From Minisyncoccota bacterium (GTDB lineage: Bacteria > Patescibacteriota > Minisyncoccia > Phycocordibacterales > UBA1006), in NCBI GenBank assembly GCA_022763365.1, contig JALEGN010000013.1:44118-108117 (forward strand): DNA of 64,000 nucleotides, read 5' to 3'. The position numbers and the translations under genes are program-made. The notes beneath the pieces are model-generated. The model saw only the letters and a program-made list of their open reading frames with translations. It was not told the DNA's origin and did no database searches. Position 1 is the first letter of the stretch. Each line of letters opens with the position of its first letter. Of this stretch, positions 10,009 through 21,271 are shown piece after piece.

Positions 10009-10038
10009 AACAAAACACTCAATACTGAGTGTTTTGTT
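10009..10038 (-). terminator. Terminator after rpoD
   Basis: AACAAAACACTC-aatact-GAGTGTTTTGTT inverted repeat next to the rpoD stop. Confidence 0.7.
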
Positions 10039-10039
10039 T

Positions 10040-11209
10040 TTAATAATCCTGAAGTTTTTTAATCTTCTCATTAAGGCGAATTTTTTCATGTACTTTTGCC
10101 TCAATCTGCCGAATACGTTCACGTGTTACATCAAATTTACGTCCAACTTCTTCAAGGGTATGTGAAATACCATCTTCAAGTCCATATCGTAATTCAATAA
10201 TCGTTCGTTCTTTATCAGTCAATTCATCAAGAATTTCTTCTAATTGATCTTTCAAAATTTGTTTTGAAGAATCTCGATCTGGTGATGGAATGGTTTCATC
10301 CGCAATAAATTCACCACGTGTTGATTTCTCTTCACCATCTGAACCAACAGGCTCTTCCAGCGACATCGTCGTCTGATTGATTTTTCCAATCATGTGAATT
10401 TTCTCAACATCCAATTCCATTTCAAGAGCAATCTCCTCTGGTAATGGTTCGCGTCCAAGGTTTTGACTCATTCGTTTGAAGACTTGTTTATATTTTGAGA
10501 TGGTTTCAACCATATGAACAGGAATTCGAATGGTTCGCGATTGATCAGCCAAGGCTCGTGTGATTGATTGGCGAATCCACCAAGTCGCGTAGGTTGAGAA
10601 TTTATATCCCTTGGTCCAGTCAAATTTTTCAACTGCTTTAAAGAGACCAATATTTCCTTCTTGAATAAGGTCAAGGAGCGTCAGATCAGGTGATCGTCCA
10701 ACATATTTTTTAGCCAACGATACTACTAACCTGAGGTTTGCTTTTGCAAGAAGGTTTTTTGCCTCTTCTTCGCCAGCCTCAATACGTTTTGCCAGTGACA
10801 CCTCTTCAGCCGCTTTAATCAATGGATATTTACCAATTTCACGCAGATACATCTGAATTGAATCTTTTGTTTCTGGTTGTTTTTTCGTTGAGAAATCTTT
10901 GGCAAGAAGCTCTTCATCAGTCATCTCAAGCATTCCTCCACCACCTGAACTAGTTCCTCCTTCTACGATTTCAACCTCCGCATCACCGAGGCGTCCATAG
11001 AGTTCATCAAGGAACAAAACATCATCTTCGATATCTGGAAATACCTTAAGGATTTCAGCATAAGTTAAAAAACGACGTTTTTTACCTTTTTCAATGAGCT
11101 CAGTTGCAAGAGCATCGCGCTCTTCAACAGCGCGTTGCTCTTCGATATGAGTTTTTACCGGATCGGCTTTTTTCTTTTTAGTTTTCTTTGTTGTTTTAGC
11201 TTTTGGCAT
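10040..11209 (-). CDS. rpoD: Primary sigma factor RpoD (sigma-70)
   Basis: [54 protein letters not shown]. Confidence 0.97.
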   Translation of the reverse strand: MPKAKTTKKTKKKKADPVKTHIEEQRAVEERDALATELIEKGKKRRFLTYAEILKVFPDIEDDVLFLDELYGRLGDAEVEIVEGGTSSGGGGMLEMTDEELLAKDFSTKKQPETKDSIQMYLREIGKYPLIKAAEEVSLAKRIEAGEEEAKNLLAKANLRLVVSLAKKYVGRSPDLTLLDLIQEGNIGLFKAVEKFDWTKGYKFSTYATWWIRQSITRALADQSRTIRIPVHMVETISKYKQVFKRMSQNLGREPLPEEIALEMELDVEKIHMIGKINQTTMSLEEPVGSDGEEKSTRGEFIADETIPSPDRDSSKQILKDQLEEILDELTDKERTIIELRYGLEDGISHTLEEVGRKFDVTRERIRQIEAKVHEKIRLNEKIKKLQDY

Positions 11210-11213
11210 AATG

Positions 11214-12941
11214 TTATACACGATTAGTTAATTCTGTCTTTTGCTGGAGAAGCTCTTGCTGTCTTTGGACGAGCCGAGTCACTTCTTCGTTATTTTTTTG
11301 TAGTTCTGCTTGTCGTAATTGTTCAAGGATTGTTTTGAGTTCAGTATCGATGATTCGTATTTTTTCTTGAATCAGCAAAGTATAGATACTGTGTTTTAAG
11401 GTACTCTCTGGTGTATCAGCGTGGCGTTCACTGAGAATAAACTGCTGCATAGCCAATTCTTGTTCTCCTTTTGATTGCAAATCATTATCTATATCTGAAT
11501 CAAATAACTCAAGATATAAATCTTTTTGTTGCTTTTCTATCTCAGTATCAAGTTCAATTTCTTGATCTTGAATATAATGTAGTAAATACAGCACCTGATC
11601 TTGCGGCGATGTTTGGTTTACCTGCACCGCTTGCTGAGTTTGTTCCTGTAATACTGGTTCAATATTTTCATTGGGTACAAAATTTTTAAAATCATCACGA
11701 ACTGCCTCGGTACTGACCCCTAAAAACAGAGCTATTTTTTGCAACATTTTATCCTGCAACATAGCGCTTTTGGTTAAAGCGACAAAGGTAAAAAGATCAG
11801 TATCTACAAGGTTTTTCTTTTCTTCAAACGAATGTTCATTTCGATTAAAGAGTTCAAGGCGATATTCAAGATAGTCTTTCGCATCAAGAACATAGGTATC
11901 CCAGCTCGCCTTTGATTTTACAATCGTATCGGCCGGATCCATTCCCTCTGGCATCACAATTATCTTAACGTTTAATCCGTGCTGATAAGCCAAAAGGACA
12001 CTGCGCCTGGTGGCCTTAATTCCAGCCTTATCCGAATCAAGGGCTAAAATAATGGTGTCAGTAAAACGTTTAATCATCGTGACGTGACTTTCAGTTAAAC
12101 CAGTTCCAGAGATAGCGACCGTATGAACATAGCCTGATTGTTGAGCCAAGAGTACATCAAATTGCCCTTCAACAAGGATACAAGCGTCTTCTTTGCTCAT
12201 AGCTGATTTGGCACTGTGATATCCATAGAGAACTTTTGATTTATCAAATAAGGGACCCTCGGGACTGTTTACGTATTTGGCACCACCTTTCTCAGTCTCT
12301 TCTCCAAAGATTCTTCCTGAAAATCCAACAACGCGACCTCGCCCATCGAACAATGGAAACATGATTCGTGATCTAAATCGGTCATAATATCCGCCGTCAT
12401 CTTTTTTAATAATCAAACCAACAGCTTCGATATCTGCATCAGTATATTTTCGAGACTTAAGGTGGCTATAGATATCTCGCCAAGAATCAAGAGCAAAGCC
12501 AAGCCTGAATTTAACAATAGTTTCCTTAGTAAGTCCTCGAGATAATAAGTGTTCAACAACGTCTTTATTTTTTCGTAGGTGCACCTCATACCACCTCGTT
12601 GCATCATCAAGAATTTTATATTGAAGATGTGTCCTCGTAATTTCTTCTTTTGAAATTTTAGTGTTCTGTAATTGAACGCCTGCCTTATCAGCCAAAATTT
12701 TTAATGCTTCTCTGAAATCAATACGTTCAATTTCTTGAATAAAGGTAAACATGTCACCTCCCTTACCACTTGAAAAACAATAGAAAAAACCCTTCTCTGG
12801 TGAAACAAAGAATGATGGGGTTTTTTCATTAGTAAAGGGTGATTTTCCTTTGTATGTCTTTCCTGCCTTTTCAAGCTTTACATATGAACCCACTACATCC
12901 AAAATATTTAATTTATCTTTGATGATGTCAGTGTTTTGCAT
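11214..12941 (-). CDS. dnaG: DNA primase
   Basis: [10 protein letters not shown] zinc-finger-like region, [38 protein letters not shown]. Confidence 0.97.
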   Translation of the reverse strand: MQNTDIIKDKLNILDVVGSYVKLEKAGKTYKGKSPFTNEKTPSFFVSPEKGFFYCFSSGKGGDMFTFIQEIERIDFREALKILADKAGVQLQNTKISKEEITRTHLQYKILDDATRWYEVHLRKNKDVVEHLLSRGLTKETIVKFRLGFALDSWRDIYSHLKSRKYTDADIEAVGLIIKKDDGGYYDRFRSRIMFPLFDGRGRVVGFSGRIFGEETEKGGAKYVNSPEGPLFDKSKVLYGYHSAKSAMSKEDACILVEGQFDVLLAQQSGYVHTVAISGTGLTESHVTMIKRFTDTIILALDSDKAGIKATRRSVLLAYQHGLNVKIIVMPEGMDPADTIVKSKASWDTYVLDAKDYLEYRLELFNRNEHSFEEKKNLVDTDLFTFVALTKSAMLQDKMLQKIALFLGVSTEAVRDDFKNFVPNENIEPVLQEQTQQAVQVNQTSPQDQVLYLLHYIQDQEIELDTEIEKQQKDLYLELFDSDIDNDLQSKGEQELAMQQFILSERHADTPESTLKHSIYTLLIQEKIRIIDTELKTILEQLRQAELQKNNEEVTRLVQRQQELLQQKTELTNRV

Positions 12942-12960
12942 AAGGGTTTATTCTGCGTGT

Positions 12961-15900
12961 TTACGCCTCTGTCTTTTCGTCGTTTTCGAGCTCTGCTTCG
13001 ATTGATTCCAATGCCGCATCAGCTTGAGCGGATGGCATTTGATCAAATGGAATAAAGTCATTTCGGAATCCTGTTCCTGCCGGGATCAGGTTTCCTACAA
13101 TAACGTTTTCTTTCAGACCTCGAAGGTCATCTACTTCCGCTCCAGCTGCTGCTGAAACCAAAATACGTGTCGTATGTTGGAATGATGCAGATGAAAGCCA
13201 TGATTTTGTAGAGAGGGCAACTTCTGAAATTCCTTTTACAACAATTTTTCCTTTTGCCGGAAGTCCACCGTCTTTTTCTACACGTTCATTTTCTTGAACC
13301 AATTGAATATTTTCAACCACATCTCCAGTTGAGAATTTAGTATCTCCTGGACTTGTAATTTTTCGACGAGAGAACATCAATCGAGTGATAATTTCAATGT
13401 GTTTCTTTGAAACAGGAGCAGAGTTTAACTCATACACCTTTGCAACCTCTCCAACAATATAATCTTGCGCGATTTCAGGTCCTGCAATGTCAAAGAGTTC
13501 TTGAATATCAGCAGATCCGTCAGTTAAGAGCATTCCAACTGAAACGCGGTCTCCTTTTTTCACTGCTGGTGTTCGTCGTTTTTCTAATTCGTATTCAAGA
13601 GATTTTACTTTTTCTCCTTTTTTTAATTCGAACTCTTCATCACATAAAATATCAATATATTTTACGCCATCTTTGGTTCGTACATCAGACACCATACCTT
13701 TAGCTTTTGAGATAACGGCTGGTGATTTAATATTTGAACGTTTTTCAAATAATTCTTCAATACGTGGAAGCCCAGTAGTAATATCGAGTCCGGTAACTCC
13801 TCCGGCGTGGAAGGTTCGCAGGGTTAGCTGCGTTCCTGGTTCACCAATAGATTGAGATGCAATGGTTCCAACCGCTTCTCCGACTTTCACCATGGCATTT
13901 CGCCCAAGATCAAATCCGTAACATTTCTGACAAACCCCATGAAGTGATTCACATTTAATTGGTGTTCGCACTGCTACTTCAGTAACACCAGCTTCAGCAA
14001 TACGTTTTGCATCATCTTTTTCAATTAAATCTCCTTTTTTATACAAAGTATTTCCATCCTTATCGACAACTTTTTTAGCAAGAACCCGTCCAAAAATATT
14101 ATCTTCAAGAGATTTAACAATTCCGTCAAAGTTTTCTTCAGTCGCAATAACGTGTTGTTTTGTTCCACAGTCTTCTTCAGTAATCACAACATCTTGTGCC
14201 ACGTCATGTAATCGACGTGTTAAGTATCCCGCAGATGCCGTTTTAAGCGCCGTGTCCGTCAGACCCTTACGTGAACCGTGAGTGGTAATAAAGTATTCAA
14301 TTGGCGTAAGTCCTTCTTTATATGAGCTTAAGATAGGGAAATCAATCGCCCGCCCTGACGCGTTAACAATTACCCCTTTCATTCCTGCCATTTGCAGCAT
14401 GTTTGAAGTTGATCCACGCGCACCTGAGGTTACCATGTCATAAATTGACTCTGATGAATCAAGGTTATCGCCGATAACTTTTTCAACATCAACCTTAACT
14501 CCTTCCCATAACTCAATCGTTTTTCGATATCGTTCTGATTCTGAGATAAGTCCTTCGTCATATTGACCTTGAATTTCAAGTGCTTGTTTTCGCCCTTCTT
14601 CAATAATCGTATTTTTCTCTTCTGGAACAACTGCATCAGAATATCCGAAGGTTGAACCTGAGAAGGTTACGTATTTAAATCCAAAGTTTTTAATTTTATC
14701 TAATACCGGAGCCGTTTCATCAATTCCATATTTTTCAATTAATCGAGAAATAATTTTAGAAATATCTTTTTTCTTGATGTCCTGATTCATGAAACCAAAA
14801 TCTTTTGGCATGATGCTATTAAACAGTAATCTCCCTACCGTTGTTTCAAAAGGTTTTCCATCAAATTCTTGATAACGTTCAGTATCTGTCGGTAATACAT
14901 GAATTTTTGCTCGGAAATCTACCTTTTCAAAATCGTAAGCGGTAATAGCTTCATTAGGAGAAGAGAAGATTTTTCCTTCACCTTTAGCTCCTGGAACTGC
15001 CCGTGTCATCCAGTACACACCAAGAACCATGTCTTGTGATGGTGCCACCGTTGGGTCACCTGAAGCTGGCCGAAGTAGGTTTTTACCTGAAGCCATTAAT
15101 TCTTGCGCCTCAAATTGTGCCTCTTCTGAGAGCGGTACATGTACCGCCATTTGGTCTCCATCGAAGTCGGCGTTAAATCCATTACATGAAAGTGGATGTA
15201 ATTGGATAGCTTTTCCTTCAATAAGGATTGGTTGGAAAGCCCGGATTGAAAGTCGGTGCAGCGTTGGCGCACGGTTCAAAAGAACATATTTCCCTTCAAT
15301 CACTTGTTCAAGGATTTCCCAAATTTCATCAGTTGGTTGCTCAAGGAGTTTCCCAGCACCACGAACGTTGAAGGCCATTTCTCGTTCAATAATTTTTGCG
15401 ATAACAAATGGACGGAAAAGTTCAAGCGCCATATTTTTTGGTAGACCACATTGGTTCATGCCAAGTTTTGGACCAACCACAATCACTGAACGTCCTGAAT
15501 AATCAACACGTTTCCCAAGAAGGTTTTGTCGAAACAATCCTTGTTTCCCTTTCAAATTATCTGAAAGAGATTTGAGATTTCGTTTTTGTGATGATGATTT
15601 AGCAACTGTTCCTGAGTGTTTTCGAATGGTGTTATCAATCAACGAATCAACCGCTTCTTGCAGAATACGTTTTTCGTTTCGCAAAATAACATCAGGCGCC
15701 CCAATATTCATCAATTTTTTCAATCGATTATTTCGATTGATCACTCGACGGTAGAGGTCATTCACGTCAGACGTTGCGTAGCGTCCACCTTCAAGAGCCA
15801 CCATAGGTCGTAGTGCCGGTGGAATTACAGGGATCACATCAAGGAACATCCATTCTGGACGAATTCCTTCTCGATTCAACGATCGAATTAATGAAATACG

Positions 15901-16662
15901 TTTTTCAATTTTGGTTCGAACTGCAACTGAACGGGTTGCATGAATATCTTCTTGAAGTTGCACCTCAAGTTCATCAAGGTCAAGTTTTTTGAAGATTTCA
16001 TTAATAGCTTCAGCTCCAATACCTGCTTCAAAGATTGAACCAAATTTCAGTGAGTAAATATTATATTCATCCTCTGAAATAACTTTATACGGAATAATGT
16101 CTTGAATTTGTTTTTTCGTATTATCAAAGAGTTCTTTTAATTTATCTTTGTCTTCATCTGATTCAAGAGTCTTTTGCTTTGCTTTGTATTCACGTTGTAA
16201 TTCGTTCATTACCTTTTCTTTAGCTTCTTCGTGAACTTCAGTAATAATGTAACTAGCAAAGTAAATAACTTTTTCAAGATGTGAAACTGGGATATTCAAA
16301 GCCAATCCCATTCGTGACGGAATTCCTCTCAAGAACCAAATATGAGCTACTGGTGAAGCCAAATCAATGTGTCCCATACGTGATCGCCGCACAATTGACC
16401 GCGTCACTTCAACACCACATTTTTCACATACAATGTCTCGATATCGGATTCCTTTATATTTCCCACAGTAACATTCGTAGTCTTTTTCAGGTCCAAAAAT
16501 TCGTTCATCGAAAAGCCCGTTACGTTCTGATCGTCCGGTTCGATAGTTGATAGTTTCTGGTTTTACCACTTCTCCGAATGACCATGACCGAATAGTTTCC
16601 GGTGAGGTTAATCGAATTGAAACAACTTTTTCTGGATTTATTTTTTGTGTATCAGTACTCAT
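12961..16662 (-). CDS. rpoC: RNA polymerase beta' subunit
   Basis: NADFDGDQMAVH catalytic motif, GKRVDYSGRSVI. Confidence 0.99.
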   Translation of the reverse strand: MSTDTQKINPEKVVSIRLTSPETIRSWSFGEVVKPETINYRTGRSERNGLFDERIFGPEKDYECYCGKYKGIRYRDIVCEKCGVEVTRSIVRRSRMGHIDLASPVAHIWFLRGIPSRMGLALNIPVSHLEKVIYFASYIITEVHEEAKEKVMNELQREYKAKQKTLESDEDKDKLKELFDNTKKQIQDIIPYKVISEDEYNIYSLKFGSIFEAGIGAEAINEIFKKLDLDELEVQLQEDIHATRSVAVRTKIEKRISLIRSLNREGIRPEWMFLDVIPVIPPALRPMVALEGGRYATSDVNDLYRRVINRNNRLKKLMNIGAPDVILRNEKRILQEAVDSLIDNTIRKHSGTVAKSSSQKRNLKSLSDNLKGKQGLFRQNLLGKRVDYSGRSVIVVGPKLGMNQCGLPKNMALELFRPFVIAKIIEREMAFNVRGAGKLLEQPTDEIWEILEQVIEGKYVLLNRAPTLHRLSIRAFQPILIEGKAIQLHPLSCNGFNADFDGDQMAVHVPLSEEAQFEAQELMASGKNLLRPASGDPTVAPSQDMVLGVYWMTRAVPGAKGEGKIFSSPNEAITAYDFEKVDFRAKIHVLPTDTERYQEFDGKPFETTVGRLLFNSIMPKDFGFMNQDIKKKDISKIISRLIEKYGIDETAPVLDKIKNFGFKYVTFSGSTFGYSDAVVPEEKNTIIEEGRKQALEIQGQYDEGLISESERYRKTIELWEGVKVDVEKVIGDNLDSSESIYDMVTSGARGSTSNMLQMAGMKGVIVNASGRAIDFPILSSYKEGLTPIEYFITTHGSRKGLTDTALKTASAGYLTRRLHDVAQDVVITEEDCGTKQHVIATEENFDGIVKSLEDNIFGRVLAKKVVDKDGNTLYKKGDLIEKDDAKRIAEAGVTEVAVRTPIKCESLHGVCQKCYGFDLGRNAMVKVGEAVGTIASQSIGEPGTQLTLRTFHAGGVTGLDITTGLPRIEELFEKRSNIKSPAVISKAKGMVSDVRTKDGVKYIDILCDEEFELKKGEKVKSLEYELEKRRTPAVKKGDRVSVGMLLTDGSADIQELFDIAGPEIAQDYIVGEVAKVYELNSAPVSKKHIEIITRLMFSRRKITSPGDTKFSTGDVVENIQLVQENERVEKDGGLPAKGKIVVKGISEVALSTKSWLSSASFQHTTRILVSAAAGAEVDDLRGLKENVIVGNLIPAGTGFRNDFIPFDQMPSAQADAALESIEAELENDEKTEA

Positions 16663-16664
16663 AA

Positions 16665-19600
16665 TTAGTCTTCAGTTACGTCTGCTTCTACCACTGCATC
16701 ATCAGCAATATCAATAAGCTCGTTATTTTTAATAACTTCTAGATTTACATCCAAGGCAAGACCTCGCAGGTAATTCGTTAATACATCAAATGATGCAGGT
16801 GTGTTTTGTTCTCGGATCTTTTGACCTTTGATAATTGAATCAAAAGCAGCTGATCGTCCGGTCACATCGTCTGATTTAATCGTTAACATTTCTCGAAGCG
16901 TATGAGCTGCTCCGTATCCTTCAAGGGCCCAGACCTCCATTTCCCCAAATCGTTGCCCTCCTGATTGAGCCTTACCTCCGAGAGGTTGTTGGGTAATCAA
17001 TGAGTATGGACCGATTGAACGTGCGTGCATCTTATCATCAATCATGTGGTGGAGTTTCAGAATATACATGTATCCAACCGCAACATCTTGATCAAATTTT
17101 TGTCCTGTCCGTCCATCGTAAAGAGTTACCTTACCTGACCCTGAGAATCCTGCTTCTTCTAATTCAGCAGCAATTTCATCAGCAGTTGCCCCTGCAAATG
17201 GTGGCACAACAGCCTGATACCCTAAGGTATTTGCCGCAAGTCCAAGGTGCATTTCAAGAATCTGCCCTAGGTTCATACGTGACGGAATTCCCAACGGTGT
17301 CAAAATAACATCAACTGGTGTTCCATCTTCCATGTATGGCATATCTTCTTCTGGAAGAATAATTGAAATAACCCCTTTGTTTCCGTGTCGTCCTGCAAGC
17401 TTGTCTCCAACTTTGATATTTCGTAGTTGTGCAACTTCGATGTAAACTTTTTTCAGCACTCCTGATTCAAGTTTATGACCGTGTTCACGCGAGAATACTT
17501 TAACTCCGATAATTCGTCCTTTTTTACCGTAACCAAGGCGGAGTGAGGTATCTTTCACATCTCGAGATTTTTCTCCAAAAATTGATCGAAGAAGTTTTTC
17601 TTCTGGTGTTAGTTCAGTTTCACCTTTTGGTGTTACCTTTCCAACCAAAATATCGTTTTCACCGACGTAGGCTCCAACGCGAACAATTCCATCTTCATCA
17701 AGGTTTGCAAGTTTAGCCTCCCCTACATTTGGAATGTCAGTTGTTGTTTGTTCTTCTCCTAGTTTTGTATCACGAATCACACATTCGTATTCATCAATAC
17801 GGATTGACGTAAAGATTGAGTTCTTTACCAATTTTTCCGAAAGAATAATCGCATCCTCAAAGTTTTGACCATTCCAACACATAAATGCCACTAAAACGTT
17901 TTGTCCGATTGCCAATTGTCCCCCTTCAGTTGTTGAGGTATCAGCTAACACTTGTCCTTTTTTAACTTTGTCACCTACGGTCACAATGGCTCGCTGGTGG
18001 AAGAATGAGTTTGAGTTTGTTCGAATAAAGTTAATCAAATTATATGATTCTTTATTTCCTTTTGAATCTTTAACAACAATATGTTTACCATCTGATTCAA
18101 TTACTGTTCCTGATCCACGTGAAATTACCACACGACCAGTATCGAGTGCTGCTTTTCCTTCCATACCTGTCCCAACTAGTGGTGCCTGAGGGACAATCAA
18201 TGGAACGGCTTGTTTCATCATGTTTGATCCCATTAAAGATCGGTTCGCATCATCAGCTTCTAAGAATGGAATCAATGAGGTCGCAACTGAAAACGCTGCG
18301 TTGGTTGCAACGTCAATGAAATCAACTTCATCTTTATTACAAATACCAGGCCGAGTTTTCAATCGAGCCTCTACAATATCATTTACAAATTTCCCATTTT
18401 TATCATAAGGATTAGATGCGTGAGCAATATTATATTTCTCTTCATCCATCGCATTAAGGTAGACGATTTCACCTGTTACCTTTCCTTTTGAAACTTTGGC
18501 ATATGGCGCTTCAATCATTCCAAAATTATTAATACGTGCGTACACAGACATACGTAAAATAAGTCCAATGTTTTGTCCTTCCGGTGTATGGATTGGACAT
18601 ACACGCCCATAGTGAGATGGGTGTACGTCACGTACCTCAAATCCAGCACGCTCACGTGTCAATCCTCCTGGTCCAAGCGCTGAAAGAGTTCTTAGGTGAG
18701 AAATCTCTGAAAGAGCGTTTTCCTGATCCATGTATTGTGACAACTGAGATGTCGCAAAGAATTCTTTTACGCGGGCTTGGAATGGACGCTGATTCACCAA
18801 ATTGATTGCTGAACTGGTGTCATTATCAACGGTCGACATTCGGTCTTTAATATTTCGTTTCATTTGTGACAATGCTTGACGAACTTTTTGTTCAAGCAAT
18901 TCACCAACAAACCGAACGCGACGTGATCCCAAGTGGTCAATATCATCAGCCTGTGCATGCGGATCCACGTTCAGGTGTGAAATTTTTGTCATGATAGTCA
19001 CCAAATCATCAGCTGAAAGAACTTGATCATAGACTCCTTCTTTTTTAGGTAGTTCTTTATCAAAACGTTTGTTGAAATGATATCGTCCAACTTCTGATAG
19101 ATCATATAAGGTATCACCAAATACTGCTTCAAAATATTCAACAAGGGCATCTGCAGAGGCAACTTCCCCATCACGAATACGCCGATAGACATCAGCGTAG
19201 GCTTCTTCTTTGGTGTTTGAAGAATCTTTCGCCAGCGTATCTTTAATTTGCTTCAAAGCTACTTCATCCCCAGCAAAAGCTTTTTCGATTTCTTCGTTTG
19301 TTTCCAACCCAAAAATTCGCAAAAGCGCTGTTGCAGCAAACTTTCGTTTTTTATCAATTCGGACATAAATAGCACCGTCTTTGTTTGATTCAAATTCAAT
19401 CCATGCTCCACGTCCTGGAATAATCTTTGCACCGTAAAATGGTCCTTTTGGATGATCATCAACCGTGAAAAATACCCCGTATGAACGAGCAAGTTGCGGA
19501 ACAATAACACGCTCAATACCATTGATAATAAAGGTTCCATGCGGTGTCATAAAGGGAATCTCAGTAAGGAAGATTTCTTCTTCTTTTGTTGAATCAAGCG

Positions 19601-19886
19601 TTTTGTTATGAAGAGCAACTTTTGCCTTCAATCGTGCTTGGAAGGTTTCTCGATTTTCTCGAGCATGGTATTCGTCGAATTCTGGATATTCTAAATCAAA
19701 ACCAAGAAAACTTAGTTCAAATTTCTTTTCAGAATAGTCAGCAATTGGTGAGAATTCCATAATGGCATCTTGAAGTCCGCCATTCATGAAAGCCTCAAAA
19801 GAAGCAATTTGATTTTCTACCAAATTTGGCACATCAACTAGCGCCTCTTTATATTTTGAAAAATATTTTTTTTCTCGTGTGGTCAT
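16665..19886 (-). CDS. rpoB: RNA polymerase beta subunit
   Basis: GDKLAGRHGNKG, GGQRFGEMEVWALE. Confidence 0.99.
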   Translation of the reverse strand: MTTREKKYFSKYKEALVDVPNLVENQIASFEAFMNGGLQDAIMEFSPIADYSEKKFELSFLGFDLEYPEFDEYHARENRETFQARLKAKVALHNKTLDSTKEEEIFLTEIPFMTPHGTFIINGIERVIVPQLARSYGVFFTVDDHPKGPFYGAKIIPGRGAWIEFESNKDGAIYVRIDKKRKFAATALLRIFGLETNEEIEKAFAGDEVALKQIKDTLAKDSSNTKEEAYADVYRRIRDGEVASADALVEYFEAVFGDTLYDLSEVGRYHFNKRFDKELPKKEGVYDQVLSADDLVTIMTKISHLNVDPHAQADDIDHLGSRRVRFVGELLEQKVRQALSQMKRNIKDRMSTVDNDTSSAINLVNQRPFQARVKEFFATSQLSQYMDQENALSEISHLRTLSALGPGGLTRERAGFEVRDVHPSHYGRVCPIHTPEGQNIGLILRMSVYARINNFGMIEAPYAKVSKGKVTGEIVYLNAMDEEKYNIAHASNPYDKNGKFVNDIVEARLKTRPGICNKDEVDFIDVATNAAFSVATSLIPFLEADDANRSLMGSNMMKQAVPLIVPQAPLVGTGMEGKAALDTGRVVISRGSGTVIESDGKHIVVKDSKGNKESYNLINFIRTNSNSFFHQRAIVTVGDKVKKGQVLADTSTTEGGQLAIGQNVLVAFMCWNGQNFEDAIILSEKLVKNSIFTSIRIDEYECVIRDTKLGEEQTTTDIPNVGEAKLANLDEDGIVRVGAYVGENDILVGKVTPKGETELTPEEKLLRSIFGEKSRDVKDTSLRLGYGKKGRIIGVKVFSREHGHKLESGVLKKVYIEVAQLRNIKVGDKLAGRHGNKGVISIILPEEDMPYMEDGTPVDVILTPLGIPSRMNLGQILEMHLGLAANTLGYQAVVPPFAGATADEIAAELEEAGFSGSGKVTLYDGRTGQKFDQDVAVGYMYILKLHHMIDDKMHARSIGPYSLITQQPLGGKAQSGGQRFGEMEVWALEGYGAAHTLREMLTIKSDDVTGRSAAFDSIIKGQKIREQNTPASFDVLTNYLRGLALDVNLEVIKNNELIDIADDAVVEADVTED

Positions 19887-20051
19887 AAAATGCAAAATCA
19901 CCATAGGCCTGAGACCAATGGTGTGTGTATGTTTCTAAGAGTGGTGAATAAATAAATGGATTGACATATGGTGTCGAAAAACCCAAAGCAGCAGCAACTC
20001 AATCAATATATTAGGTACTGTGTATATTACGAATATTTATATTTTTGTCAA
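19887..20051 (-). promoter_or_regulatory. rpoB promoter (TTGACA-16-TAATAT) and ~130-nt 5' leader with hairpin at 19899-19923
   Basis: -35 at 20051-20046, -10 at 20029-20024; CACCATTGGTCTCAGGCCTATGGTG stem-loop 12 nt before ATG. Confidence 0.65.
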
Positions 20052-20064
20052 AAAAAATACGAGT

Positions 20065-20295
20065 TTAACTCGTATCACTATTTGTATTAGGATTCCAGGG
20101 TAAGGATGCACCAAGAGGAATAACTTTTCCTTCTTTTTTAATATTAGAACTCTGATTAAAATCTGATTTTTCACTATTAGGAAATAATAATAAACGATCA
20201 ATTTTATTCCCTTGCTTGTCAAAAAAATTACCAATACCATCCATTTTTACCTTGATGCCATTTATCTCACTGTCATACCATTTTTTCTTTTTCAT
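20065..20295 (-). CDS. Small hypothetical protein
   Basis: 76-aa ORF with upstream TATAAT and A/T-rich leader. Confidence 0.5.
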   Translation of the reverse strand: MKKKKWYDSEINGIKVKMDGIGNFFDKQGNKIDRLLLFPNSEKSDFNQSSNIKKEGKVIPLGASLPWNPNTNSDTS

Positions 20296-20358
20296 ATTTA
20301 ATATTAAATTTTGAAAATTATAGACCTGCTCACATACATGAGAGGTCTAGATTAAACT

Positions 20359-20739
20359 TTAACTCGCTTTTTTTAATTGCGGTTTAGCAACTTTATGAAT
20401 TTTTCCTGTTTTATTCAAACAGTACACCAACTTTTCGATGGTAGTAGGCTTCATATTTAAATAACCCAAAGTAATATTGTAAGTTTGAATTATTCTCATA
20501 CCTTCAGGACTTGAAAAGTAGTTATAAATTGAACCAGGAACCTTATCATCTATCCAAATAAAAGCAGCATTTTCATTTTCTATCATTTTAACTGCGGCTT
20601 CTTCTGGGTCAATAATCGCAAGTTCTGGCTCGAGATTTTCGCCTGCTAAGAAGGCAAGAGCTTCAAGCTCAATATACCTTGTTAACTTAGGACTACTAGT
20701 ACCAAAACCACCAAGAATAAACATTTTACGAGTTTTCAT
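20359..20739 (-). CDS. Hypothetical protein (ORFan)
   Basis: 126-aa ORF with its own promoter and downstream hairpin (20321-20349). Confidence 0.7.
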   Translation of the reverse strand: MKTRKMFILGGFGTSSPKLTRYIELEALAFLAGENLEPELAIIDPEEAAVKMIENENAAFIWIDDKVPGSIYNYFSSPEGMRIIQTYNITLGYLNMKPTTIEKLVYCLNKTGKIHKVAKPQLKKAS

Positions 20740-20824
20740 AATTACAAAGATTTGATTTAAATTAATTATACCAAAATTTAACCGTATAGCAAAAACTATA
20801 CGGTAGGTTTAACAATATTTTAAT

Positions 20825-21217
20825 TTAGGCAGCTCGGCGCTTGAGCACAGGTTTTTTATCTGGTGTATCAACCTTGAAAAAATCTTCAGTAGTACCCTTT
20901 TTCAAATCGATAAAGAAAGCATTAGCTCGCTCCATTGCCCTCCTGAGACGCGCCTTACGGCGATTAAGGTTTCGCATCAAACGGCGTTTGAAATCTTTGG
21001 TAGTTGAGTAGTCTTGGAAAACGTAGACACTCACTCGTGTTGATTCTTGAATGATTTTTTCTACTTGCTCCAAGGCCTTGCAATACTCACCATTATTAAC
21101 AGAAACGAACTGAAAAGAATAACCTTTATTGATTTGCCCTGTTGCTAGGATAAATTTATTTTTTTGCTCTCTGAAGTCACCTTCACCTAAAATTACAATA
21201 CTATTGTTTTTTGACAT
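20825..21217 (-). CDS. Hypothetical protein (ORFan)
   Basis: 130-aa ORF; upstream sequence nearly identical to that of 20359-20739. Confidence 0.7.
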   Translation of the reverse strand: MSKNNSIVILGEGDFREQKNKFILATGQINKGYSFQFVSVNNGEYCKALEQVEKIIQESTRVSVYVFQDYSTTKDFKRRLMRNLNRRKARLRRAMERANAFFIDLKKGTTEDFFKVDTPDKKPVLKRRAA

Positions 21218-21271
21218 ATATAGAAAGATTTGATTTAAATAAATTATATCATATCAAAATAAAAACATCAA

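Noticed and set aside
13407-19540. Many 60-157 aa ORFs antisense or out of frame within rpoB/rpoC (and similar ones in proS, gap, tkt, nrdAB, baiN)
   Set aside because: Shadow ORFs of conserved genes, with no motifs or expression signals
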